DNA of 64,000 nt, from positions 1-64,000 of the IMG/VR virus record IMGVR_UViG_3300032241_002679. One strand, written 5' to 3'. Shown piece by piece: positions 1 through 9,880 of the stretch. Under the pieces are notes generated by a model. The model was not told the origin of the DNA. It saw nothing but the letters and a program-made list of their open reading frames with translations, and made no database searches. This DNA is from a virus. Position numbers and translations under genes: made by a program. Numbering within the stretch: the first letter of the stretch is position 1; every line of letters starts with the position of its first letter.

Positions 1-1884
1 ACTTAATGTACCATTTACTGTTAGACCTGTTACTGTATTAATACTAGCATTTAATGTACCACCAGTATTATTAGTAATTGTAAATGTATTATTATTATAA
101 GTAAATCCAGTATCATATGGTGTGATTAAAGGTAAGCCAGTTATATTGCTTAACGTACCCGTACCAGCTAATGTAATTGTACCGTTTGAATATGTACCAC
201 CAGTAGCTGCATTTATTGTACTATTTCCAACACTACCGCCATTAGATGTAATACTTAATACGTTATTATTTAATGTAGCTGCTGATATATAATTCCATGT
301 ACCTACTGTATATGTATTACCATCATTTCTTGTAAATGTAATAACCCCAGAATTAGCGTTGTATGTACTTCCTGTTGTAAAAGTATTTGCACTAATTAAA
401 CCAGTTATATTACTCAATGTACCAGTACCAGCTAATGTAATTGTTCCATTTGAATAAGTACCACCAGTAGCAGCATTAATTGTAAATGTTTGAGTTGTAC
501 TGTTTGCGGTTGTTACACTTAAAACATTTGATGATAAAGTACTTGAAGTTACAGCTGTAAATAATGGTAATGTATGTAGTACACCCGTAGCATCAGAAGT
601 AACTAATAATGTATCAGTTGCGGATTGTAAACCGATTAATTGTATTGGATTACTAGTAGCAGATACTGTTAATGAAGCCGCACTTATTGTATTGGCTGAT
701 AAAAAAGTTGTAATAGTAGCACTACTCGCCCTAAATGTTCCTATGACATCTAATCTATAATTATTATCAGAACTACCATTAATTACAACATTACCAGAAC
801 CAAATGCTACAAAATTTGAAAACCCACCAACACCAATAGTTAATTTTGCGGCTGAATTAACAAAAGTATTTAAAATTGATGATGAAGTATTTCCAGATTC
901 ACTATGAGAGATAATTAAATTTTGAGTTTTTACATTTATACTACCAATTTTAATCGCTCCATTTGTACCATTAAAAACATTTAAAGTTGCATCATTAGAA
1001 CCATTAAATCCACCTGGTATAGAAGAAAATCCAACTTCTGTTTGACCCGCTAAATTGTTAAAAGCTGTTGTGGCAGACTGATAAATACCAAAATTACCAG
1101 ATTCAATTGACAAACCAATAAAATTTTGATTATTAGTAGCACTAGGCCTAATTCTAATACCATAAAGATAGTTAGCATTGCTAACAGTTGGATTAATATC
1201 CAAAGCAGTATAATAATTATTAGTACTAAAAGCACTAGGACTGTATGTACCCAAAACCCTTAATCCAATACCCGTATTTCCTGTATTAGGATTAACACTA
1301 TATGTTGGGTTTAAATCTAAGCCAACTAATACATCATTTACAACAACAGCATTAAATGTGTTATTTACATATAAACCTCTTGCTATGTTTGAAGATGCTG
1401 AAATATTACCAGAACTTGTTAAACCCGTTACTATGTTAATCGATGCTGATAATGTACCACCAGTATTATTTGTTAATGTAAAAGTATTAGCTGAACTTGT
1501 ATAGGTAAATGCTGTGGTATAAACACTTGGAAATGATGTAGGTAAACCAGTAATACTAGTTAGCGTACCTGAACCACTTAATATAATTGTACCATTAGAA
1601 TATGTACCACCTGTAGCAGCATTAATTGTTGTGGCTGTTGTGCTACTTCCATTTAAAGCAACGGATAAAATGTTATTAGATAATGTTGTTGAACTTATAG
1701 ATGCGACACCAGTTAACACATCATTACGATAAGTTACAGTACCAGAAGGATTTGCGACTAAAAAGTTTGTATTAGCTGAAGAAGCTAAATTTGTAATTTG
1801 TAATGTTGATGCCGATAAATTGCCTTGTACGGCTGAATTATTCAGCGCTATAATCCCGTTACGGGCGATAAATTCATATGCCAT
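1..1884 (-). CDS. Tail-fibre/virion adhesin-like protein, partial (runs off the left edge; absent from the ORF track)
   Basis: ATG at 1884 gives MAYEFIARNGIIALNNSAVQGNLSASTLQ...; T/S/G/N-rich; contains the same TINAATGGTYSNGTITL modules as 3354..9728 and 9881..12088. Confidence 0.8.
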   Translation of the reverse strand, partial: MAYEFIARNGIIALNNSAVQGNLSASTLQITNLASSANTNFLVANPSGTVTYRNDVLTGVASISSTTLSNNILSVALNGSSTTATTINAATGGTYSNGTIILSGSGTLTSITGLPTSFPSVYTTAFTYTSSANTFTLTNNTGGTLSASINIVTGLTSSGNISASSNIARGLYVNNTFNAVVVNDVLVGLDLNPTYSVNPNTGNTGIGLRVLGTYSPSAFSTNNYYTALDINPTVSNANYLYGIRIRPSATNNQNFIGLSIESGNFGIYQSATTAFNNLAGQTEVGFSSIPGGFNGSNDATLNVFNGTNGAIKIGSINVKTQNLIISHSESGNTSSSILNTFVNSAAKLTIGVGGFSNFVAFGSGNVVINGSSDNNYRLDVIGTFRASSATITTFLSANTISAASLTVSATSNPIQLIGLQSATDTLLVTSDATGVLHTLPLFTAVTSSTLSSNVLSVTTANSTTQTFTINAATGGTYSNGTITLAGTGTLSNITGLISANTFTTGSTYNANSGVITFTRNDGNTYTVGTWNYISAATLNNNVLSITSNGGSVGNSTINAATGGTYSNGTITLAGTGTLSNITGLPLITPYDTGFTYNNNTFTITNNTGGTLNASINTVTGLTVNGTLS

Positions 1885-1891
1885 GTTTACA

Positions 1892-1915
1892 TCTCAGTTT
1901 CCCTATCCACTGAGA
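1892..1915 (-). promoter_or_regulatory. 5'-leader stem-loop TCTCAGT-GGATAGGGAA-ACTGAGA, 7 nt upstream of the ATG
   Basis: Perfect 7-bp stem with a 10-nt purine-rich loop in otherwise very AT-rich intergenic DNA. Confidence 0.55.
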
Positions 1916-1945
1916 AGGTTTTTAATAAATATCTTATATTTTGAT

Positions 1946-3352
1946 TTATGATATATTAAATCTTTTTTTTGTAGCATTATAATTTTGTAAAATTTCGGAT
2001 GCTGATAAACCTCTATTGTAAACTTTAGCATTTGCTATATATCCATTAAAAAATTCACCTGAACTTTGAGGATCTTTTGCTAAAGCTATATTACCACTTG
2101 GAGTTATTATTGATCCATTATTATTATTAATACTTATTCCATTTATATATAAAGTACCTGTAGATGTGTAACTTAATGCTAAATGTGTCCATTTATTAAG
2201 ACTAACGTTATTTCCATTAAATGATGCTATACCCCCATATAATGCGCCATAAACATTATTAAAAATAAATAATCCATATCCATTTGCACTTGTATTTCCA
2301 TTATAAAATATACATTGATTTCCAGCTGTAGTAGCTGTACAGTATATCCAAACATCTAATGTGAAATTTGTCGTATTTGTTAAAAATACTGGCTGTATAA
2401 CACTATTAGTTGCACCATCAAATGTTAATGCGCCATTATTTATGTTACTATAATATGGTAAATTAGATCCTGTTGATGTTAATGTTGCATTATAAAAATT
2501 ACCAGTTAAATCATACCATATTGTTGAACCAGCTTGATACGAACTAGGATTTGCTGCATCAAGATACAACATTAGATTATTTGTAACAACCGTACCGCCA
2601 AAACCATCATTAACATTACTTGTTGTAGTTGTTGTTGTAAATCTATTTTTTAAAACATTATAATTTTGTTGTATTTCTGATAATGATAAAGCTCTATTAT
2701 ATGCTGAACACGTAGCAATTAAACCATTAAAAGGAGCAATATTTCCAGAACCCCCTAATGGGTTTACCCTACCTAACCCAAGTGATAGTGTTTGAGCTGA
2801 TGAAGTTTGTTCGACAATACCATTATTCGATATTGTCGAATTTAATACACCATTTATATAAAAACTAGCAGCTAATGATGCGGCAGTATAAGTAATAGCA
2901 ATATTTGTCCATGTATTTAATGCAACAACAGTTGAACCACTATCTAATAAATCTTTATTTGGTGTATTCCAAAACCAAAGTTTACCATTACCCTGCATCC
3001 AAAATCCCCAGCCCCCAGTATTATTTGGTGAATTATCCCATTCTTTATCCAATATAATCATATTTGCATAACTTGGAATATTAATCCATGCTTGAAATGT
3101 TTTATCTACCAAATCCAATGCTTTTAAATTACTTCCAAAATTTACATAATTTGTAGCTCCCGTACCAAAGTATATTGCACCAAAGTTTGAACCGCTATAA
3201 CTAACAGAACCATTAAATGTTCCAGTATACCCAGTTGGACCTAAATCAGTAATTGTGGTTGAACCACTTCCATTTAATGAATTAATATTTGCCGCATCTA
3301 TATAAAATACGAGACTATTTGTAACAATTTGACTATTATTTTGAAAACTCAT
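1946..3352 (-). CDS. Tandem LamG/concanavalin-A-like domain virion protein
   Basis: Two repeats of LxxYxDAAN...WT(N/H)xAx(T/S)Y...YING...YNRxLSxxEIxQNYN. Confidence 0.8.
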   Translation of the reverse strand: MSFQNNSQIVTNSLVFYIDAANINSLNGSGSTTITDLGPTGYTGTFNGSVSYSGSNFGAIYFGTGATNYVNFGSNLKALDLVDKTFQAWINIPSYANMIILDKEWDNSPNNTGGWGFWMQGNGKLWFWNTPNKDLLDSGSTVVALNTWTNIAITYTAASLAASFYINGVLNSTISNNGIVEQTSSAQTLSLGLGRVNPLGGSGNIAPFNGLIATCSAYNRALSLSEIQQNYNVLKNRFTTTTTTSNVNDGFGGTVVTNNLMLYLDAANPSSYQAGSTIWYDLTGNFYNATLTSTGSNLPYYSNINNGALTFDGATNSVIQPVFLTNTTNFTLDVWIYCTATTAGNQCIFYNGNTSANGYGLFIFNNVYGALYGGIASFNGNNVSLNKWTHLALSYTSTGTLYINGISINNNNGSIITPSGNIALAKDPQSSGEFFNGYIANAKVYNRGLSASEILQNYNATKKRFNIS

Positions 3353-3353
3353 A

Positions 3354-6300
3354 TTATATAGCTCTTACTATTGTTTTGACTGTCCATGTACCAGTTGCAG
3401 CTGATGCTGATAATACGGCATTACCACTGACAACAGATACACCAAATGTTATAGCACTTGTACTTCCAATATCATTTGTAGAATTATCAGTATATTGAGC
3501 AGTTGTTCCACTAAATATACTCATAATAGTCCCACTTCTTGCTCCACTCGTACTTAATACAGTATAGTCAAAAAATACCCCTGTATACGCACTAATTGGT
3601 ATACTGTATATTGTTGTACCAGAACTTGCTGTTACATTTACTTTAGCTGTTGAATTTAAGGATAATGATTGATAATTACCCATAAACACTTGGCTAGATG
3701 CATTAACTTGGAATATTGGTAACCCAGAAATATTATTAACGTTGAATATAGTACCACTACCAAGATTATCACTAACTGAGAATAATGTACCCGTTGAACC
3801 AATTACACTGAATATTGGATTTGTTGTCCCACTACCAATAACAGTTAATACATTCTGCGCTGCTCCAGAGAATAAACCTGTATTTGCAGTAATTGATGCC
3901 GTATTTATTGTACTAGCTGATGTAGCTTGTAATACCGTATTACCAGTTACTGTCAAATTACCATTAACCGTTAATCCCGTAACCGTATTAATACTAGCAT
4001 TTAATGTACCACCTGTATTATTTGTTAGTGTAAATGTATTGTTATTATAGGTAAACCCTGTAGTATATACCGTAGCAAATGATGTTGGAAAACCAGTAAT
4101 ACTAGTTAGCGTACCTGAACCAGCTAATGTAATTGTACCAGCACTATATGTACCACCAGTAGCTGCATTAATAGTAATAGTTGTTGTGTTACCACCATTA
4201 GGCGTAATACTTAATATATTACTATTTAATGTAGCGGCTGATATATAATTCCATGTACCCGCTGTATATGTCTGTCCGTCATTTCTAATACTAGTTAATA
4301 TACCAGTACCAGCGTTATACGTACTTCCTGTAGTAAATGTATTTGCAGATATTAAACCAGTAATATTACTTAATGCACCACTACCACTAAGTGTAATCGT
4401 ACCATTAGAATATGTACCACCAGTAGCCGCATTAATTGTACTATTAATAATACTACCTCCATTAGACGTAATACTTAATATATTATTGTTTAATGTAGTC
4501 GCTGATACATAATTCCATGTACCTGCTGTATATGTAATACCATCATTACGTGCAAATGATAATGTACCTGTATTAGCATTATATGTAGAAGCTGTTGTGA
4601 ATGTATTTGCGGATATTAATCCTGTAATACTACTCAATACACCGCTACCAGATAATGTAATTGTACCAGCACTATATGTACCACCAGTAGCTGCATTAAT
4701 AGTAGTAGCAGTTGTACTACTTCCATTTAAAGCAACACTCAATACATTATTTACCAATGTAACAGCACTAGTAGACTGTGTACCAGTTAATACATCACTA
4801 CGATAATACAATACACCAGTAGAATCCTGAGTAATAAATTGCATTGTCTGAGCAGCTTGTATACCCTGAAATCTAACTGGATTTGTTATTGCCACTACAT
4901 GTAATGTATTTGTAATAGCACTAGATACTACATTTATACCTACCTGACCACTGGTCTGTGCTACGATACTTGGAATACCAGTTGTAACAGAATATGTATT
5001 ATTTCCAAACAATACACCACCAATATTAAAACTATTTGTAGTACCAGATGGTAATGATATATTTGTACCAATAATTGTATTATTAGAACCAATATTCGTT
5101 GAGTTATTAGCTACATTATAACCTATAAAATTTGAATAAGACGCATTAATAGCATTATTACCAGCTTGATAACCTATAAAATTTGTATTGCTCGCACCAG
5201 TTGCACTATAACCAGCATAATATCCAAAGAAATTTGAGTATGAAGCATTAGTTGCATTATATCCAGCATACTGGCCTAATAAATTTGTATTACTCGCACC
5301 AGTTGCAGTATATCCAGCATTAGCCCCAATAAATATTGAATTATTTGCTCCATTTGCTCCATAACCACTATTTGTTCCTAAAAAGTTTGAGTTATTAGCG
5401 TTTGTTGCTAATCTACCAGCTTGAGAACCTAAAAAGTTTGAATATGAAGCATTAGTTGCACTGTTTCCAACATTGTACCCAAAAAAGTTTGATTGCAAGG
5501 CATTATAGGCGTTTAAACCAGCATTTTGTCCTAAAAAGTTTGAGTTATTTGCACCACTAGCAGTCTGACCAGCACTAGAACCAATGAAATTTGAAAAAGA
5601 TGCACCAGTAGCATTATAACCAGCATAATATCCAAAGAAATTTGATTGATAAGCGACATTTGCTTGATATCCAGCATTTTGTCCTAAAAAGTTTGAATAT
5701 GAAGCATTAGTGGCTTGATTACCAGCATAATATCCAAAGAAATTTGAATATGGTGCATTTGGTGCTGCTTGACCAGCATAATATCCCAAGAAATTTGAGT
5801 TATTTGCCGCATTTGCACCATTACCAGCATAATATCCCAAGAAATTTGAATTATTTGCAGAATATGCGTTTATACCAGCAAGATATCCCAAAAAGTTTGA
5901 GTTATTTGCATAAGCAGCAGATTGACCAGCACTCTGTCCCAAGAAATTTGAGTTACTGGCTAAACTTGCACCATTACCAGCATTAGTTCCTAAAAAGTTT
6001 GAATTATTTGCGGAATACGCATTTATACCAGCACTCTGTCCTAAGAAATTTGAGTTATTTGCAGCATATGCTGTATTACCAGCATTCTGTCCAAAGAAAT
6101 TTGCACTAGTCGCAGCAGTCGCATTATACCCAGCACTAATTCCAATAAATGTGGAAGCACTAGCTATTGTAGCTCCACTACCAGCATTAGTTCCAATAAA
6201 ATTTGAGTTATTTGCAGAATATGCAAAACCACCAGCATTAGTTCCAATAAAATTTGAATTACTTGCAGAATATGCAACATAACCAGCATTAGTTCCAATA

Positions 6301-9300
6301 AAATTTGAGTTATTTGCAGAATATGCAAAACCACCAGCATTAGTTCCCAAGAAGTTTGAATAAAATGCATTTATAGCACTAGTACCAGCCCCATAACCCA
6401 AGAAATTTGAATATGAAGCATTAGTTGCTTGGTAACCAGCATAATAATTTAAAAAATTAGAATATGTGGCTCCAGTTGCCCCATAACCAGTATTATTACC
6501 AAAAAAGTTTGAATATGATGCACTAGTTGCTTGAAAACCAGCGTTATTACCAAAGAAATTTGAATATGAAGCACTAGTTGCTTGAAAACCAGCGTTATTA
6601 CCAAAGAAATTTGAATTATTTGCGTTTGTAGAATTATAACCAGCTTGGTAACCAATAAAATTTGAATACGAAGAATTACTTGAAGACCATCCAGCATAAT
6701 AACCTAAAAAGTTTGAATATGAAGCAGAATAACCAGCATTTCCAGCAAATTGACCAAAGAAATTTGAGTTATTTGCAGAATATGCTTGATAACCAGCATG
6801 GTTACCAAAAAAGTTTGAATTATTTGCACTTGCAGCACTACCACCAGCAACAGTTCCCAAGAAGTTTGAATAAAATGCATTTATAGCACCACTACCAGCA
6901 TATTGACCTAAGAAGTTTGAAAATGTGGCTCCAGTTGCCGAAGTTCCACCATATTGCCCATATACAAACATATCACTAGCTGAAGCCACAGCATTATCAC
7001 CCAAAGCAATTGATCTAGCTCCCGTAGCAGAAGGTGATACCGCTGGATTTCCGCTATATTCCGCATAATATTTTAATGATGCTGGGAAACCACCTATAGT
7101 TGTAGTAAATGTACCCGTACCAGATAAAGTTAATACAGTACCGCCATAGGAACCACCTGTAATTGCATTAATCGTACTATTAACAACACTACCACCATTA
7201 GACGTAATACTCAATACGTTACCACTCAATGTAGTGGCTGATATATAATTCCATGTACCTGCTGTATATGTCTGTCCATCATTTCTAATATGAGTTAATA
7301 TACCAGTACCAGCATTATACGTAGAAGCTGTAGTAAATGTATTTGCAGATATTAAACCAGTAATATTACTTAATGTACCAGTACCACTAAGTGTAATTGT
7401 ACCATTAGAATAAGTACCACCAGTAGCTGCATTAATTGTTGTAGTTACAACACTACCACCATTAGACGTAATACTTAATATATTACTATTTAATGTAGTG
7501 GCTGATATATAATTCCATGTACCTGCTGTATAACTTGTACCATCACTTTTACTATTAGTTAAAACACCAGTAGATGGATTATATGTTGATGCTGTTGTTG
7601 TTGAAAATCCAGTAATTGTACCTAATACACCACTACCAGATAAAGTAATTGTACCATTAGAATATGTACCGCCAGTAGCTGCATTTAAAGTCGTATAACT
7701 AAAATTACCATTTGTATCGCTTACAATATATCTTGTATTAGCTGAACTTGTTAATCCAGTTACTTGTAAATTGGTGAATAATCCAGTTCCATTCCCTAAT
7801 ATAGCAGCTGTTCTTACACCTGCACCATTTAATAAAGTAAATACGTCATCAGTATCTGAAGCACTACCTCTTTTTATTTCAACACTACCAAAGGTTGAGT
7901 TAGTGGTAATTTGCGGAGGTGCTGAGTTATTATAAGCTTGTTGTAAAGTAGTGGTACTAGCACCAGCACCAGCCGAAACGCTTTCCCCAAATTTTGATGC
8001 AATTGAAAATTGAGCTTGAGATGAATTTGTTAAGTCACTAGCTCCTGCTTGAACACTTAATATTGCAATCAACAAACCATTATCTCTAGCATTTGGATAT
8101 ACAATAAAAGTCTCTGTTGATGCAGCAGCTATTGCTGCTGATAAAGTAGAATATACTGTTTGACCATATTGAATTCTAACCAATCCTGTTGGAAATATAT
8201 ATATTCTTTGATTTGTAGCTTGTTTAGTTGGGCTACCAACAGGTGTAATAATACCATTTAAATCATAATTTGTTGGGTCAATCAATGTAGTATTTGAGCC
8301 AACTGTGCCACCTGTTTGATTACGATATTGAAACGTTAATGGTGATGAACCAGCTAAACTTACTTGTGAGGGATTTAATGCATTTTTATAAAAGTTTATA
8401 CCCAATCCCCATAAATTACCAGCGCCCAAAGCTGTTGTTAAACCAGTATATGAATTAATAGTTATACCATCATTAATTAATTTTATTGGCGTAAACATAT
8501 CACGCAACTGGGATATTGGTGAAATATCATTATCTGTTTGGTTTAGTACAGCTATAATTGAATTATTAAAATTAGCCGTTTTACCCAAATATATATTTTG
8601 TCTTCTTTGTATTGGTGTCGGAAATGTAGATGTTTGAAATAAAGTACTGGCACTTGTTATAAAAAAATAATTACTTTCTGAACCTGATAAATATTGGGGA
8701 ATTAATCCTGTAACTCCACTATAATTAACATAAGTTAGTGTCGGTAAAACTGGATTAGAGGTATTATCAACAATCCATCCCTGAACTGGATTAATATTTA
8801 CAGTAGTTGTAGATGCTGATGTAATTCCAGAAAAAACAAAAACACCTGTAGATGTGTTATTACCATTTATAATATTTCCCTCTTTTATTGTAATACTACT
8901 TGTAGGTAATTCATTTTGAATAAGAACAATTATTGAGCCATTTGATGTGTCAGAAGAGATACACCATCCTATAAACGAAACTCTAGATTTATAAGCTAAA
9001 TTATTGTAGTTATTACTAATACCACCATCTACAGTATCAGATATAAATAACTCATCACCAGCTGTAAATCCGCTTGTATTAATCCCAGTTAATAGACCAA
9101 AATTTGTTATAAACCCAAAAGAATTATTTGGTATGTCATGTGTGGCAATACCACTAGCTTGACCATATTCAGTACTTAAACCACTTAATGCATATGAAGC
9201 ATTTGCCAATCTAAGAGTAGGTGTATTAACAGTAGCACCAGTTATATGAACTACTTGTCCTTTATTTATTTGATTACCACTTTGATTAAAAACTCTTATA

Positions 9301-9728
9301 AGACTAACTTGACCTAAATTAACACTAACATCCGTATTTGTTGTTTGAGGATAATAAGTTAAAGAATCAGATGAATTATTAAAAAATAATCTACCTGCTA
9401 ATGCGGATACCGTAGAAGCAGTATTAAAATCAATATTATTTACACTTGAAATTGTATTAGCTGTTAAAGCTGGAGTCTGAATAGTTGTGGCTGAAAATAA
9501 ATTAGCGTAAACATTTCCACTGACTGTACCACCAGTTAATGATAATCTATCCCATCCTATTTGTTGAACACTTGTTGCTGCAGAAGCACCACCAGTAAAA
9601 AGACTGTACATTTTAGCATCAGCCACATTTACAGCTACCTCACCTAGCATTAAATTTGAAATCTGGGGAACTTTACCAGCGACATTAGAAACCTTTAAAA
9701 TAAAGGTATTATTCCTTGTATTTGCCAT
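3354..9728 (-). CDS. Giant (2124 aa) tail-fibre/adhesin-like protein with 36 x 17-aa repeats
   Basis: N-terminal LMLGEVAVNVADAKMY fibre-anchor-like motif; central AxxSNFxGxxAG repeats; several ~80-aa TYTAGTWNYISATTL...TGGTYSNG modules. Confidence 0.75.
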   Translation of the reverse strand: MANTRNNTFILKVSNVAGKVPQISNLMLGEVAVNVADAKMYSLFTGGASAATSVQQIGWDRLSLTGGTVSGNVYANLFSATTIQTPALTANTISSVNNIDFNTASTVSALAGRLFFNNSSDSLTYYPQTTNTDVSVNLGQVSLIRVFNQSGNQINKGQVVHITGATVNTPTLRLANASYALSGLSTEYGQASGIATHDIPNNSFGFITNFGLLTGINTSGFTAGDELFISDTVDGGISNNYNNLAYKSRVSFIGWCISSDTSNGSIIVLIQNELPTSSITIKEGNIINGNNTSTGVFVFSGITSASTTTVNINPVQGWIVDNTSNPVLPTLTYVNYSGVTGLIPQYLSGSESNYFFITSASTLFQTSTFPTPIQRRQNIYLGKTANFNNSIIAVLNQTDNDISPISQLRDMFTPIKLINDGITINSYTGLTTALGAGNLWGLGINFYKNALNPSQVSLAGSSPLTFQYRNQTGGTVGSNTTLIDPTNYDLNGIITPVGSPTKQATNQRIYIFPTGLVRIQYGQTVYSTLSAAIAAASTETFIVYPNARDNGLLIAILSVQAGASDLTNSSQAQFSIASKFGESVSAGAGASTTTLQQAYNNSAPPQITTNSTFGSVEIKRGSASDTDDVFTLLNGAGVRTAAILGNGTGLFTNLQVTGLTSSANTRYIVSDTNGNFSYTTLNAATGGTYSNGTITLSGSGVLGTITGFSTTTASTYNPSTGVLTNSKSDGTSYTAGTWNYISATTLNSNILSITSNGGSVVTTTINAATGGTYSNGTITLSGTGTLSNITGLISANTFTTASTYNAGTGILTHIRNDGQTYTAGTWNYISATTLSGNVLSITSNGGSVVNSTINAITGGSYGGTVLTLSGTGTFTTTIGGFPASLKYYAEYSGNPAVSPSATGARSIALGDNAVASASDMFVYGQYGGTSATGATFSNFLGQYAGSGAINAFYSNFLGTVAGGSAASANNSNFFGNHAGYQAYSANNSNFFGQFAGNAGYSASYSNFLGYYAGWSSSNSSYSNFIGYQAGYNSTNANNSNFFGNNAGFQATSASYSNFFGNNAGFQATSASYSNFFGNNTGYGATGATYSNFLNYYAGYQATNASYSNFLGYGAGTSAINAFYSNFLGTNAGGFAYSANNSNFIGTNAGYVAYSASNSNFIGTNAGGFAYSANNSNFIGTNAGSGATIASASTFIGISAGYNATAATSANFFGQNAGNTAYAANNSNFLGQSAGINAYSANNSNFLGTNAGNGASLASNSNFLGQSAGQSAAYANNSNFLGYLAGINAYSANNSNFLGYYAGNGANAANNSNFLGYYAGQAAPNAPYSNFFGYYAGNQATNASYSNFLGQNAGYQANVAYQSNFFGYYAGYNATGASFSNFIGSSAGQTASGANNSNFLGQNAGLNAYNALQSNFFGYNVGNSATNASYSNFLGSQAGRLATNANNSNFLGTNSGYGANGANNSIFIGANAGYTATGASNTNLLGQYAGYNATNASYSNFFGYYAGYSATGASNTNFIGYQAGNNAINASYSNFIGYNVANNSTNIGSNNTIIGTNISLPSGTTNSFNIGGVLFGNNTYSVTTGIPSIVAQTSGQVGINVVSSAITNTLHVVAITNPVRFQGIQAAQTMQFITQDSTGVLYYRSDVLTGTQSTSAVTLVNNVLSVALNGSSTTATTINAATGGTYSAGTITLSGSGVLSSITGLISANTFTTASTYNANTGTLSFARNDGITYTAGTWNYVSATTLNNNILSITSNGGSIINSTINAATGGTYSNGTITLSGSGALSNITGLISANTFTTGSTYNAGTGILTSIRNDGQTYTAGTWNYISAATLNSNILSITPNGGNTTTITINAATGGTYSAGTITLAGSGTLTSITGFPTSFATVYTTGFTYNNNTFTLTNNTGGTLNASINTVTGLTVNGNLTVTGNTVLQATSASTINTASITANTGLFSGAAQNVLTVIGSGTTNPIFSVIGSTGTLFSVSDNLGSGTIFNVNNISGLPIFQVNASSQVFMGNYQSLSLNSTAKVNVTASSGTTIYSIPISAYTGVFFDYTVLSTSGARSGTIMSIFSGTTAQYTDNSTNDIGSTSAITFGVSVVSGNAVLSASAATGTWTVKTIVRAI
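5095..6929 (-). repeat. 51-bp (17-codon) coding tandem repeat, 36 copies
   Basis: e.g. ccagcattagttcc recurs at 6181, 6232, 6283 and 6334; 36 AxxSNFxG units counted in the protein. Confidence 0.9.
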
Positions 9729-9790
9729 GTATATACATTATTAAAAAAATCTCTATATAGAGTAATTATGAGGTTATATAACCCTAAAAA

Positions 9791-9828
9791 TAAATATCCC
9801 TGAATATTTGTTTATTCAGGGATATTTA
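9791..9828 (-). terminator. 16-bp perfect inverted repeat, likely intrinsic terminator of 9881..12088
   Basis: taaatatccctgaata-tttgtt-tattcagggatattta, followed by a T-run on the minus strand. Confidence 0.7.
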
Positions 9829-9880
9829 ACTATTTATTTTTTAAAGTAAATATTATTATAACTAATTGATAATCAATTTA

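Noticed and set aside
3742-6886. Short opposite-strand and alternate-frame ORFs in the track (also those within 18069-56744)
   Set aside because: Shadow ORFs of repetitive or biased coding sequence that overlap well-supported genes and have no motifs
5095-6929. CRISPR array
   Set aside because: The 51-bp period is a degenerate in-frame coding repeat with no constant repeat/unique spacer structure
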